Below are positions 26,830 to 39,500 of a DNA stretch of 60,120 bases, in pieces. Numbering within the stretch: the first letter of the stretch is position 1; each line of letters opens with the position of its first letter. This DNA comes from Macrostomum lignano (Eukaryota): contig NIVC01002624.1 in NCBI GenBank assembly GCA_002269645.1, positions 1-60,120 on the forward strand. Direction: 5' to 3'. The notes under the pieces were generated by a model. The model had not been told where the DNA came from and searched no databases. It saw only the letters and a program-made list of their open reading frames with translations. The position numbers and the translations under genes were made by a program.

Positions 26830-27682
26830 AAGATAGGGAATCGCCATTCTAGAGGGATAAGAGAATTGTCCATTGTAGGGAATCGCCATTCTATAGGGGA
26901 ATTCTCCAACATAGGGAATTGCCATTCCATAGGGGAATTCTCCAACATAGGGAATTGCCATTCCAAAGGGAAATTATCTACCGTAGGGAATCGCCATTCC
27001 ATAGGGGAAATATCTACCATAGGGAATTGCCATTCCAAAGGGGAATTATCTACCGTAGGGAATTGCCATTCCATAGGAGAATCCTCCAACATAGGGAATT
27101 GCCATTCCATAGGGGAATTATCTACCATAGGGAATCGCCATTCCATAGGGGAAATATCTACCATAGGGAATTGCCATTCCAAAGGGGAATTATCTACCGT
27201 AGGGAATTGCCATTCCATAGGAGAATCCTCCAACATAGGGAATTGCCATTCCATAGGGGAATTATCTACCATAGGGAATCGCCATTCCATAGGGGAATTA
27301 TCTACCATAGGGAATCGCCATTCCATAGGGGAATTATCTACCATAGGGAATCGCCATTCCATAGGGGAAATATCTACCATAGGGAATTGCCATTCCATAG
27401 GGGAATTCTCCAACATAGGGAATTGCCATTCCAAAGGGGAATTATCTACCGTAGGGAATCGCCATTCCATAGGGGAAATATCTACCATAGGGAATTGCCA
27501 TTCCAAAGGGGAATTATCTACCGTAGGGAATCGCCATTCCATAGGGGAATTATCTACCATAGGGAATCGCCATTCCATAGGGGAATTATCTACCATAGGG
27601 AATCGCCATTCCATAGGGGAATTATCTACCATAGGGAATTGCCATTCCATAGGGGAATTATCTACCATAGGGAATCGCCATC
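26830..27682. repeat. 36-bp minisatellite (ATAGGGAATCGCCATTCCATAGGGGAATTATCTACC)
   Basis: Direct reading; variant units recur in blocks. Confidence 0.95.
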
Positions 27683-28225
27683 CCACAGAATCCTTCGCAG
27701 TCAGATAGGCTAAATATCATACAAGGAATTTTCAGCTGAGATGACCGTTACAATTCATATACACCTGTAATAAAAGCGGCAAAAGTAAAAGATAACTTTT
27801 TCAAAGAAATACCCCAGCTTGTGCAAGGTTCATTTTAGACAAATAATTTTTCTGTTTTTTATAATTTATATTTGATTGAGTACTAAGGAGGGGCTGATAA
27901 GTTCAAAAGCAATTTTTGTATTATACATTCAAAATGTGGTGCAATAATAATGTAAATTTATGCAATTGACAAAAGATAAACAAAGTTAAAATTAGACAGA
28001 CAGTTGTCCAAGACAATAGCTAACTCAAAGGAAAATAATGCTTTATGTGATGAAAAGGTAAAAAAGAAAATTTTAATTTGAAATTTCGAAAAGTTTTAAA
28101 TTATACTTACAATTTATTTGTTTATTTTTGAAAATAAATAATTATTAAATAGTAGGGTGCAAATTGCCTTTACCGATGAAATTGACAACTCTAAACACTA
28201 TTGAGATGAACTTTTAAAAAAAGCT

Positions 28226-29192
28226 TGACTTGGCATCAGCTCATTTTGTCTCACTCCAGGGGTTGCATCAGCTCATTTGGTCTCACTCCAGGGGTTGCAT
28301 CAGCTCATTTTGTCTCACTCCAGGGGTTGCATCAGCTCATTTGGTCTCACTCCAGGGGTTGCATCAGCTCATTTTGTCTCACTCCAGGGGTTGCATCAGC
28401 TCATTTGGTCTCACTCCAGGGGTTGCATCAGCTCATTTTGTCTCACTCCAGGGGTTGCATCAGCTCATTTGGTCTCACTCCAGGGGTTGCATCAGCTCAT
28501 TTTGTCTCACTCCAGGGGTTGCATCAGCTCATTTGGTCTCACTCCAGGGTTGCATCAGCTCATTTTGTCTCACTCCAGGGGTTGCATCAGCTCATTTTGT
28601 CTCACTCCAGGGGTTGCATCAGCTCATTTGGTCTCACTCCAGGGGTTGCATCAGCTCATTTGGTCTCACTCCAGGGGTTGCATCAGCTCATTTGGTCTCA
28701 CTCCAGGGGTTGCATCAGATCATTTGGTCTCACTCCAGGGGTTGCATCAGCTCATTTTGTCTCACTCCAGGGGTTGCATCAGCTCATTTGGTCTCACTCC
28801 AGGGGTTGCATCAGCTCATTTGGTCTCACTCCAGGGGTTGCATCAGATCATTTGGTCTCACTCCAGGGGTTGCATCAGCTCATTTTGTCTCACTCCAGGG
28901 GTTGCATCAGCTCATTTTGTCTCACTCCAGGGGTTGCATCAGCTCATTTTGTCTCACTCCAGGGGTTGCATCAGCTCATTTGGTCTCACTCCAGGGGTTG
29001 CATCAGCTCATTTTGTCTCACTCCAGGGGTTGCATCAGCTCATTTTGTCTCACTCCAGGGGTTGCATCAGATCATTTGGTCTCACTCCAGGGGTTGCATC
29101 AGCTCATTTGGTCTCACTCCAGGGGTTGCATCAGCTCATTTGGTCTCACTCCAGGGGTTGCATCAGCTCATTTGGTCTCACTCCAGGGGTTG
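28226..29192. repeat. 30-bp minisatellite (CAGGGGTTGCATCAGCTCATTTGGTCTCACTC-type)
   Basis: About 32 near-perfect units that run directly into a SINE. Confidence 0.95.
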
Positions 29193-29426
29193 TAGTTTTA
29201 GCCCAGTGGTTAGAGCGTCGGACTCGGGACTGAAAGGTCGGAGGTTCGATTCTCGACCCACTCAACTCTGCATTGCTTCAGTTCACCCAGCTGTAAAATG
29301 GGTGCCAGCATTAGCTGGGGTAATTGAGGCTGTTTGTGGCGACCCCCCAGTCCTTGGACTGAACAGCCGTACGCAGCCTTCAGATGCGCCGCGCAATAGC
29401 TGCGGCTGAGCTGTCGGTTACACATC
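29186..29426 (+). mobile_element. tRNA-derived SINE with a CORE-like domain
   Basis: A-box TAGCCCAGTGG and B-box GGTTCGATTCT, then CTTCAGTTCACCCAGCTGTAAAATGGG (MIR/CORE-like). A second copy lies at 49194-49378. Confidence 0.8.
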
Positions 29427-29633
29427 TGGCCATTGGGAAAGGTATAATGACAAACTATAGTCTGCAAAATATAAAACCCGGTTGCTTCTGACCTAAATTT
29501 CAGTTTTATAAAAAGCAAATAATGTTCATAGATTTCACGACCACCCTCATTCTTGTTACGCATTTGCGCTCCAAAGTCTGGACATCTGATTTGGGTAAAT
29601 CAAGTTAAAAATCTCCTTTGAGAAACTCAGAAT

Positions 29634-31148
29634 TCAGTCACAGAATCCGCCATCGTGCGAGTGCACCTCGTAGGCCCTGCGCCAGATGATGGACAGGCAC
29701 ACAGTGGAGTGGAACCTGTAGAATATGTTGATGGGCTGCCCGATGTGAACCAGAATATTCAGTGCGGCCGGTGACACATTGTCCAACTGATACGAGAACA
29801 TCAGCTCCTCGACTTTGCGCACCTCGAAAGTCTCCATGACCCACATGGACAGGTTGACGCCCAGCAGGGCCATCACGTGACTGCGTCCGGGCTTCGCCAC
29901 GGCGGTGGGAAACGCATCGGCTCTGCGTCGAAGACCGTCGAGTAGGCAGAGCGTCTGCAGCGCCAGCTGGAGACTGCAGCTGGCCTGCGTGATGAGCTCG
30001 GCAACCAGGTAGGCTGGCGGGAACTTATCCGAGTGATCCACGAACACGGACGCCAGCGTGACCTGGTAGACCAGGGCGCCGAACAGGGCGAACGTGAGCA
30101 GCTTGTCGTCGAAAGTGTGCCGCTCGCATTTGGTCAATGCTAGGCGCTTCAGACGCTGGTAGACCATCAGGGACATGAAGCTGCCAGCCATGCTGAGTAG
30201 AATGTCCTGGCTGAGATAGGCGGCGCTGGCTGTCCAGCCGTCCAGGAACAGGTAGACAGCCACCGTGATCACTACGGTGACAGCCAGAGAGGCCAGACAG
30301 AGCGTCAGGCCACGCCGCGATTTGGCGAAGCGTCGACGGAAAAACTCAGCAACTGCACCAGCACTCGCGGAGCCTCCGTTGCCGCCGTCTTCGACCTCGG
30401 CGCCCTCGACGGCTTGCTGAGGATGAAGCGGCGCGAAGCTGCGATGGTCGCCAACGCAGGCCATGAGGTGCAGCACCATGGGAGCGCAGAGCAGGCAGTA
30501 CTCGATCACAGCGGGCATGAGGAAAGGCTGCGCGGATTCCAGCAGACTCGAGGCGGAAGCGGCGGCAGAGTGCTCGCTGCAAGAATTCGACTCGTTCCGA
30601 GAATGATGCGGCTTTTCCTCGAACTTTTCTTTGATCTCGCCGATGGCCGAGCTGGCCCAGATGCAAATGTTAGCGGTGAACAGGTGAGCCAGGGCCATCC
30701 GGTTCTGAGCTTTTCGTTGCAGAAACACGGCTCGATGATGGCGCAAGATGAACACCGCTTGAAAGGTTGTGAAGACCGCTTCGAGCAGGCTCATGAGAAT
30801 TGCGGTGGTCCGAGAGCCGCAGGAGTGCACGGCGGCCAGCACAGCTGCGGTGCATCGCATCAGGTTCAGCGCCACGGCCCCGGCCAAGAAGACAACCAGG
30901 CCGATGCGCAGGTAGATCACCTCCTGCGACGATGCAGCCGCCACCTGCCTGGCGTGCCAAGCCAGGTAGACAACAGCCGCCGTGCCCAGGGCGTAGAGTA
31001 AGGCAAAGAAGATCTCGTGGAATTGGGCGTGGGTGGGCGAGCTGCTGCTAACGGCGAAGTAGACAGTGGTGGCAACTCCGATAGACACGGCGGCGATCGT
31101 GTAAACGGTGCTGACGAGCTGCCAGAGGAGACGGTACTCGCGGTTCAT
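29634..31148 (-). CDS. Otopetrin-family proton channel, single coding exon, 504 aa from the first ATG
   Basis: HLFTANICIW, PFLMPAVIEY, KPGR..V..LL..N..MW, and the C-terminal IFYRFHSTVCL signature; about 12 hydrophobic segments. Confidence 0.9.
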   Translation of the reverse strand: MNREYRLLWQLVSTVYTIAAVSIGVATTVYFAVSSSSPTHAQFHEIFFALLYALGTAAVVYLAWHARQVAAASSQEVIYLRIGLVVFLAGAVALNLMRCTAAVLAAVHSCGSRTTAILMSLLEAVFTTFQAVFILRHHRAVFLQRKAQNRMALAHLFTANICIWASSAIGEIKEKFEEKPHHSRNESNSCSEHSAAASASSLLESAQPFLMPAVIEYCLLCAPMVLHLMACVGDHRSFAPLHPQQAVEGAEVEDGGNGGSASAGAVAEFFRRRFAKSRRGLTLCLASLAVTVVITVAVYLFLDGWTASAAYLSQDILLSMAGSFMSLMVYQRLKRLALTKCERHTFDDKLLTFALFGALVYQVTLASVFVDHSDKFPPAYLVAELITQASCSLQLALQTLCLLDGLRRRADAFPTAVAKPGRSHVMALLGVNLSMWVMETFEVRKVEELMFSYQLDNVSPAALNILVHIGQPINIFYRFHSTVCLSIIWRRAYEVHSHDGGFCD

Positions 31149-31884
31149 TTCGGCTGCTGTGTGGGGCTGCGGTGAAATGGAGGAAATTAATTGATTTATT
31201 TTCCTGAGTAGGATTAATACGAAACAGTCGGTTACCAAGAAACAATGCATAGCAAATAATCCTCGTAGTACCTGCGAGTCTCCCCTCTAACCAGAATCCA
31301 ATATAGTAAATTGGTGTCTGCTATAGTGCATGTGGGTAGAACTATAAAGCGACTTCCGACATTTGGTTGCGGCAAATTATCACGATTATAGTTTTGTCGG
31401 CCCCATTTAATTGGGACTTGGACAGCGGCTTGTCGTGCTGTTCACAGCCAAGAGGGCCAACCCCCCAAGGTGCAGAGAGTGGTATATGCCTGACAATTAG
31501 AAAGTCAGGGGGGCTGCTGTACACTCTGTGTGAGTGTGTGTACATGCATGTTCTTTTGCATGTGCTCAGAAGCCAGCGGAATGGGCTGAATTGATTCAGT
31601 TGTCACATCTCTCCTGCAGCTGTTTTATTATTACTACTATTGATACTGCACCCAAACCAAGAGCCGGACGAGTGTAAGAGTCCACGAAAGCACCCGGGCT
31701 ATACTTTAAGGTTAGGAATACTTTAAGCATGCAGCTTGTGCCATATCTCAAGACACGACGGCGGAAACAGAGGCATGGATTTTATGGCGGGGACAAAGCC
31801 AAGAATTCTGCATATTGAACATGTACACAACTAAATTCCTGCATGATGTACATTATAGTTTCAGAATGCGTGCTGTCAGCAATT

Positions 31885-34236
31885 ATTTTGGCGCCGCAGA
31901 CACCCCTTTTAGCGCAGCAGGCACCATTTTAGCGCTGTAGGCACCCATTTTAGCGCCGAAGGCACCATTTTAGCGCCGTAGGCACCATTTTAGCGCCGTA
32001 GGCACCCATTTTAGCGCCGCAGACACCCCTTTTAGCGCCGCAGGCACTCATTTTAGCGCCGCAGGCACCATTTTAGCGCCGCAGGAACCCATTTTAGCGC
32101 CGCAGGCACCCATTTTAGCGCCGTAGGCCACCATTTTAGCGCCACAGGCACCATTTTAGCGCCGCAGGCACCATTTTAGCGCCGTAGGCACCATTTTAGC
32201 GCCATAGGCACCCATTTTAGCGCCACAGGCACCACTTTAGCGCTCCATTTTAGCGCCGTAGGCACCATTTTAGCGCCGCAGGCACCATTTTTGCGCCTCA
32301 GGCACTCATTTTAGCGCCGCAGGCACCCATTTTAGCGCCGCAGGCACCATTTTAGTGCCGTAGGCACCATTTTAGCGCCGTAGGCACCATTTTAGCGCCG
32401 TAGGCACCATTTTAGCGCCGCAGGTACTCATTTTAGCGCCGCAGGCACTCATTTTAGCGCCGCAGGCACTCATTTTAGCGCCGTAGGCACCATTTTAGCG
32501 CCGCAGGCACTCATTTTAGCGCCGCAGGCACCCATTTTAGCGCCGCAGGCACCATTTTAGCGCCGTAGGCCACCATTTTAGCGCCACAGGCACCCATTTT
32601 AGCGCCGCAGGCACTCATTTTAGCGCCGTAGGCACCATTTTAGCGCCATAGGCACCCATTTTAGCGCCGCAGGCACCACTTTAGCGCACCATTTTAGCGC
32701 CGTAGGCACCATTTTAGCGCCGCAGACACCATTTTAGCGCCGTAGGCCACCATTTTAGCGCCACAGGCACCATTTTAGCGCCGCAGGCACTCATTTTAGC
32801 GCCGCAGGCACTCATTTTAGCGCCGCAGGCACTCATTTTAGCGCCGCAGGCACTCATTTTAGCGCCGTAGGCACCATTTTAGCGCCATAGGCACCCATTT
32901 TAGCGCCGCAGGCACCACTTTAGCGCACCATTTTAGCGCCGTAGGCACCATTTTAGCGCCGCAGACACTCCTTTTAGCGCCGCAGGCACTCATTTTAGCG
33001 CCGCAGGCACCCATTTTAGCGCCGCAGGCACCATTTTAGCGCCGTAGGCACCATTTTAGCGCCGTAGGCCACCATTTTAGCGCCACAGGCACCATTTTAG
33101 CGCCGTAGGCACCATTTTAGCGCCGCAGGCACCATTTTAGCGCCGTAGGCACCATTTTAGCGCCGCAGGCACTCATTTTAGCGCCGCAGGCACTCATTTT
33201 AGCGCCGCAGGCACTCATTTTAGCGCCGCAGGCACCCATTTTAGCGCCGCAGGCACCATTTTAGCGCCGCAGGCACCCATTTTAGCGCCGTAGGCCACCA
33301 TTTTAGCGCCGCAGGCACCATTTTAGCGCCGCAGGCACCCATTTTAGCGCCGTAGGCCACCATTTTAGCGCCACAGGCACCATTTTAGCGCCGCAGGCAC
33401 TCATTTTAGCGCCGTAGGCACCATTTTAGCGCCGCAGGCACTCATTTTAGCGCCGTAGGCACCATTTTAGCGCCGCAGACACTCATTTTAGCGCCGTAGG
33501 CACCATTTTAGCGCCATAGGCACCCATTTTAGCGCCGCAGGCACTCATTTTAGCGCCGTAGGCACCATTTTAGCGCCATAGGCACCCATTTTAGCGCCGC
33601 AGGCACCACTTTAGCGCACCATTTTAGCGCCGTAGGCACCATTTTAGCGCCGCAGACACTCCTTTTAGCGCCGCAGGCACTCATTTTAGCGCCGCAGGCA
33701 CCCATTTTAGCGCCGCAGGCACCATTTTAGCGCCGTAGGCACCATTTTAGCGCCGTAGGCCACCATTTTAGCGCCACAGGCACCATTTTAGCGCCGTAGG
33801 CACCATTTTAGCGCCGCAGGCAGTCAATTTAGCGCCGCAGGCACCCATTTTAGCGCCGCAGGCACTCATTTTAGCGCCGTAGGCACCATTTTAGCGCCGT
33901 AGGCCACCATTTTAGCGCCGCAGGCACTCATTTTAGCGCCGTAGGCACCATTTTAGCGCCGCAGGCACTCATTTTAGCGCCGCAGGCACCCATTTTAGCG
34001 CCGCAGGCACCATTTTAGCGCCGCAGGCACTCATTTTAGCGCCGCAGGCACTCATTTTAGCGCCGTAGGCACCATTTTAGCGCCATAGGCACCCATTTTA
34101 GCGCCGCAGGCACTCATTTTAGCGCCGCAGGCACCATTTTAGCGCCGCAGGCACTCATTTTAGCGCCGCAGGCACCATTTTAGCGCCGCAGGCACCATTT
34201 TAGCGCCGCAGGCACTCATTTTAGCGCCGCAGACAC
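31885..34236. repeat. 2.3-kb 21-22-bp minisatellite (TTTTAGCGCCGCAGGCACCA)
   Basis: Direct reading; more than 100 units with internal block duplications. Confidence 0.97.
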
Positions 34237-35889
34237 CATATTTTTTTGCCCTGTAGCAAAATTATTGATTTCCATAACAGGTCAACAAAGCGTTGGCATC
34301 TCCTTCCCATAGCTCTTACTGGCCTTCGCCTATGTGAGAAGTGCATGCCTGAGTACGAGTAAGAAAGATGATTCTTCACGCGCTCTGAGGTCACAGAAAT
34401 GTGAATGTCTTATGAATCGGGGGTCACAGCTCCCTGAGAGCTCAACTATGAACTATAGCTCCAATGAGTCACGAATTAAAAAGGCCAGTTCCGTTCTGAA
34501 ACCTCCCGTCTACCCATTATGAGGACTTTCTGGGAAATTCTCTCAGGCAGCCAGATGTTATCGACCTTGACTGGAAGTTTATTTTTTACTGATATTCACC
34601 TTGGATTTCGATGGGGCGGAAAATTTATGAACGCAAAGAATAACAAAGCAGAAGCATCTAAAGCCAGACTGCTGTGGGGGTGAGCAATTTCTGCTGCTAG
34701 ACAGTACTGAATCGCTGAAGAATTTATTGAACAAAACTGCATCTCTTAGAAATAAATTTCCAAGCCGCAACCAAAACAAAATGCAAAAAACGATTTTGCA
34801 CTTTTAAGCCACACAGCTCCAGCAGGAAGGAGCACTGCCACAGGGGGACAGAGATATTCCGAACGCTGTGTATCAGCTAGAGGCCAAGCGTTGATGCTTG
34901 CAAGTGTGTAGTAATAAATAAATTAGGGCAAGCATATGGGCTGCCTAGATGGTTGTTCCATTGGCTAAAGTGTCAGAGAACGATCCGCCCTTCCCATGTT
35001 GAATTACTGTATGAAATTGTTATTGGCATGGCTAATTGCACTATTATGAAACACAACACTTGGACTGGATTTTCTAATTACAGGGGTTGGCACAACGTTT
35101 TTTTACCTGAATGGGCCTGAGATGAGATGAGAGAAAAGTGGGTTGGAGTCTGACGAGCCTTGATCGCTGATTAGTGATAAATTAAACAGGCCAACTGCAC
35201 GAGAGTAACACACTGCAAGCACTTACTGTATCACCAGATGTCCGCTGGTTCACAGTGGCTAAACAAAAAGTAATTAATGCCTCAGGCTGGGTCCTCGAGC
35301 TCTCCATCCAGTGCAGTCGGTGCAGATATAAATGCAAAAATGCACGGGGGAAGGGGCAGGAGGGAACTGGGTTAGACTTTGGCATCCAAAAGTGCACTAA
35401 ACTGTGCTTTCCCTATTGGCTAAGCTCGGAAAAAGCTAATTGGACGATTTTAATCTAATTCAAGTTGGTAGAGCAGAGACATGTGTCGCTTAATGAGCTT
35501 CTCAGATTTTTTACGGAATTAATATATCGATAATCGACACAAGCCGATTTGGCGGCCAACCAAGGTAAGTCGCAAAAATTCCCACCCGAATAAATACCAA
35601 AGTAGTACTAAGTAGATGACGAGGCATTTTGCCTTAATAAGACAGTTATAGTTACTCCTGCCGTTTACCCAAAGTTGCGTTAGTTTTGCTTTAGGACTTC
35701 TTTTACATGTACGAGCGTAAGTCGCATTTTTGGCCAAAAACTACGTCGCATTTTTGTTAAAACTAAGTCGCACGGCCGACCAAATTTTGGAGGTTGCGCA
35801 TGTATGACACAAGCATTAGAATACGTTTTCTAGGCAGCAAATCCACAGATTTCTTTGTCCAAGCAAAATAAACCCGATGGAAACGGTAC

Positions 35890-36200
35890 CTACAGAGTCT
35901 GAGACGAGTCTGAGACGTTTCTATAATGACTCTGGGGCCGTAGAGTCGAATCTGAGACCTGCCAGAGTCGCTGTAGAATCACCTGAGTTGCGCCTAAAGC
36001 GCATTTGCATCATTTTATGAATTTGAATCGCATTTTACATTTTGTCTACTTGAACTTTAGAAGGTTATTAAACCGCTAACACCACCACTCATTAAACGAC
36101 TTTCTCGTGACTCAAACGATTCTGCAACTCGCGTGATGCGCTCGTGACTCAACAGTCGCCTCTCCGTCGCATTGCAGTTGTTTGAGTCGTTAAAAAGTCA
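35890..36200 (+). mobile_element. Unclassified dispersed repeat; second copy fills Vps34 intron 3
   Basis: Long colinear match to the reverse complement of about 48400-48671, e.g. GGCCGTAGAGTC..ATCTGAGACCTGCCAGAGTCG and GTGATGCGCTCGTGACTCAA.AGTCGCCTCTCC. Confidence 0.7.
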
Positions 36201-36598
36201 CGAGAGTCGCCTTAGATTCGCTATAGTCACGAGTGAGTTGTTGGCAATAACTCTAACGATTATTGGCACGGTACAACGTTTCTAACGGGAAAGACTTAGA
36301 TGCAGTATAGATTATTCTAGATCGTAGATTATTCTGTGACCCAATATGCAATAAGTACTGTAAATATTGAACCACTTAATCCAGAAAAATCAAACTGACT
36401 CCAAGAACTGATTTGCTTTGCACCGAACAGAACGGCTACTACAGATGGAGTGCCAGCACTGTGTAAGCACCAACTTATATTGTTATATTTACTTAGACAC
36501 AAACGTCAGCTGTAACAGATTTAATAGGCCACAACCATGTCAAACCATTACACAGACGCGAAATCAGTGCAGTGGCCTTGACTCCCAACGGATCCAAG

Positions 36599-39500
36599 TT
36601 AGTTGTTGAGAAGCTGGAAAAGGAGGTAAAATAGACAATTTTACTTATTTTAGAACCGTTTGTCACTTTCCGTATACAAAATAAAAGCTACGAGCTAGGT
36701 GAGAGAGTATTTGAACTCACGTCGCGGATTCTGTCGATGTTCTGCTGCAGGCGGTCCCTCAGAGGTCCCTCGGGCAGCCTCTCCAGAGCCTGCTCAAGAC
36801 GCTCGAGAATACGCTCAAGAAATTCGACGCGGTCAGACTCGCCGAAGTTGAAAGCGGCGTCCTGCAGGTCGGTCAGCTTGCGGCGCAGGTACTCCAGAGC
36901 CTTGTTCAGGTAGGCGCGCAGCCTCGAGTCCTCGGGCAGCTTGGCGATGGCGTCCTCCAGACGGGCGATGGCCCGCTCTAGCATCTCGATGGCCTTCTCG
37001 CGCCAGTCGGACACGGATAGGCTGCTGCTCTCCAGACGCTCCTTCAGGCGGTCGATGCGCTCGCGCACCTCAGACTGGATGGGCTCCGGCAGCCGGCTGA
37101 CCAGCCTCTCGAGCAGGTCGGAGTTCAGGAACCTGAGCAGGGCTTCGTTGCCCTCCTCCTTGTACTTGTTGATGAGACGGCGGATCCTGTCAAGCAGCTC
37201 GCGGACCCTGTCGGTCACCACGATGGCGTCTTCTTCGGGGCGCAGGGAGTTCAGAAGCTGCCATGGGTTGAGGTGGTTCGGAACTTTTGGATTTGGATAG
37301 CAGACGATGCTGTGTAGGTCTAGCAGTAATGGGGTGTGAATCACACGACAACCCCTGGCCAATTTTCATGCACAAGCCTCAGCTGAATGTGGCCGAGCAC
37401 AGAGTCTAACCAAGGTACTTTAGCGCGATTGAGACGCGTTAACAGCAGAGCTACTCCGAGCCCTTCACATCAGGCAACTTTGCGACTCATACTAGCCTAT
37501 CTTTAGCTTAGGTTTAGCTCATCGTGTACGCAAAATTTAATCTAGGGAGAGCTGCTAATCTGGGGGTGAGTATTAAAAATCTGGATGAGTGGTGCTAATC
37601 TAAGTGTGGGAGTAGTACTAATCTGGGTGGGAGTGGTGCTAATCAGGATGGGAGTGGTGCAAATCTGATGGTAGTCGTGTCAGATTTATCGCGGAATGAT
37701 TGCAAATTTAGTATTTCTTGGAGATGAGTGACATTTGCCCTGGGACTGTGCAAAACTGCCTATATACAAGCGCTAAACTGCTAGGGAGCCACCCGGTTGG
37801 GGGGAAATGGCTAGTCCCATATACTAAAAGTGATTTTGTCCGTAGGTAGATGTGATTGATTTTAGGAAATAGGACTGAACCGCTTTTCCCGAGACTTGCA
37901 CCGTTAGATAATTAAGAAAATATCTGGTGACGGAACACGTGTCGTGGCTAAGAATTTGCTCGTCAGATAGCTCGTACCAGTATAATCAATCTTGGTAATC
38001 TGAAATCCACTAAATCCACTATACCAAAAATAAAATCTAAGTTTGAATCCCAACGCATAAAAATAGCAATTTGAAGCATATAAACAATTACAAAATCGTT
38101 GACTAGTAAATGAGTGAGTAACATTTAAGGCTAAAAAACAGTTAGGAAACTGTACGAGCGTAATTAGTAAAACCGATGAGGCAATAAGGATGCGATAAGA
38201 TTATAATGTAAGAAGCAAAGAGATCATACTAACAGACAAAAATAACTATGGCAGGCTACAAAAAGAGGAAGAAACATTAACTATAAACTCACATCGCGGA
38301 TCCTGTCGATGTTCTGCTGCAGACGGTCCCTCAGAGGTCCCTCGGGCAGCCTCTCCAGAGCCTGCTCAAGACGCTCGAGAAGACCCTCAAGAAATTCGAC
38401 GCGGTCGGACTCGCCGAAGTTGAAAGCGGCGTCCTGCAGGTCGGTCAGCTTGCGGCGCAGGTACCCCAGAGCCTTGCTCAGGTAGGCGCGCAGCCTCGAG
38501 TCCTCGGGCAGCTTGGCGATGGCGTCCTCCAGACGGGCGATGGCCCGCTCTAGCATCTCGATGGCCTTCTCGCGCCAGTCGGACACGGATAGGCTGCTGC
38601 TCTCCAGACGCTCCTTCAGGCGGTCGATGCGCTCGCGCACCTCAGACTGGATGGGCTCCGGCAGCCGGCTGACCAGCCTCTCGAGCAGGTCGGAGTTCAG
38701 GAACCTGAGCAGGGCTTCGTTGCCCTCCTCCTTGTACTTGTTGATGAGACGGCGGATCCTGTCGAGCAGCTCGCGGACCCTGTCGGTCACCACGATGGCG
38801 TCTTCTTCGGGGCGCAGGGAGTTCAGCAGCTGCCATGGGTTGAGGTGGTTCGGAGCTATGTACATGTCTGTGGTTCAGCAACTGCATGGCATGTATCCAT
38901 GCATGTATATCGATTTTCTAGGGTTTACAGATTAAGGTGTGTCTGTGTGGTCGTGCTTTGTTTTTTTTCAAAATACGAGTATTAGCTAGCTTGCGACCCA
39001 ACGATGTTTTGACGAATGTAGAGCTCTGTTTTTATTGCGTGAACAGGGCCGGTCATGCAAGGCCTCAAGAAAAGTTTTGGTCGTCTAAGAGATGAGACTT
39101 ATAATCAGCTTGGCTACAGAATGCTGTGCGCAATGTTGCTATGTGGTGGCAACGCAATTCTCGGGAGCTGTTTGTGACTCCTAAAGGTGGACTTTGAGCT
39201 GCTCCGTGCAGTGAATTCACTAGACAAGAAGTTTGGAACCGCAATACGCATCAGAACAGACCATCTTGGTTATCTATTGTCTAAAAGGAGCCTCGGTACC
39301 TCAGTTTTGATGCTATAATTTCCACCAATGATTCCAGACATCCAAGCATGAAAATCCATGCGCACATGATGGCTTCGGTAACCTAACGACTGCGTGCGCG
39401 AATCCAAAGGAAACAGGGCTTTTTCAGAAAAACACCTAAACAGACAAAAAGGAGTACGATTTGAACAATAGGCCACTCACATCGCGGATCCTGTCGATGT

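Noticed and set aside
26802-27713. Long ORFs of 264-294 aa
   Set aside because: Translations of a 36-bp satellite that is open in several frames and on both strands.
28225-29409. Three overlapping ORFs of 318-394 aa
   Set aside because: Artefacts of the 30-bp satellite.
28226-34236. CRISPR-like regular arrays
   Set aside because: Units are contiguous with no unique spacers, there are no cas genes, and the context is eukaryotic.
36941-38935. Plus-strand MAMASSRR ORFs repeated three times
   Set aside because: Antisense shadows of the GC3-rich helical-repeat exons.
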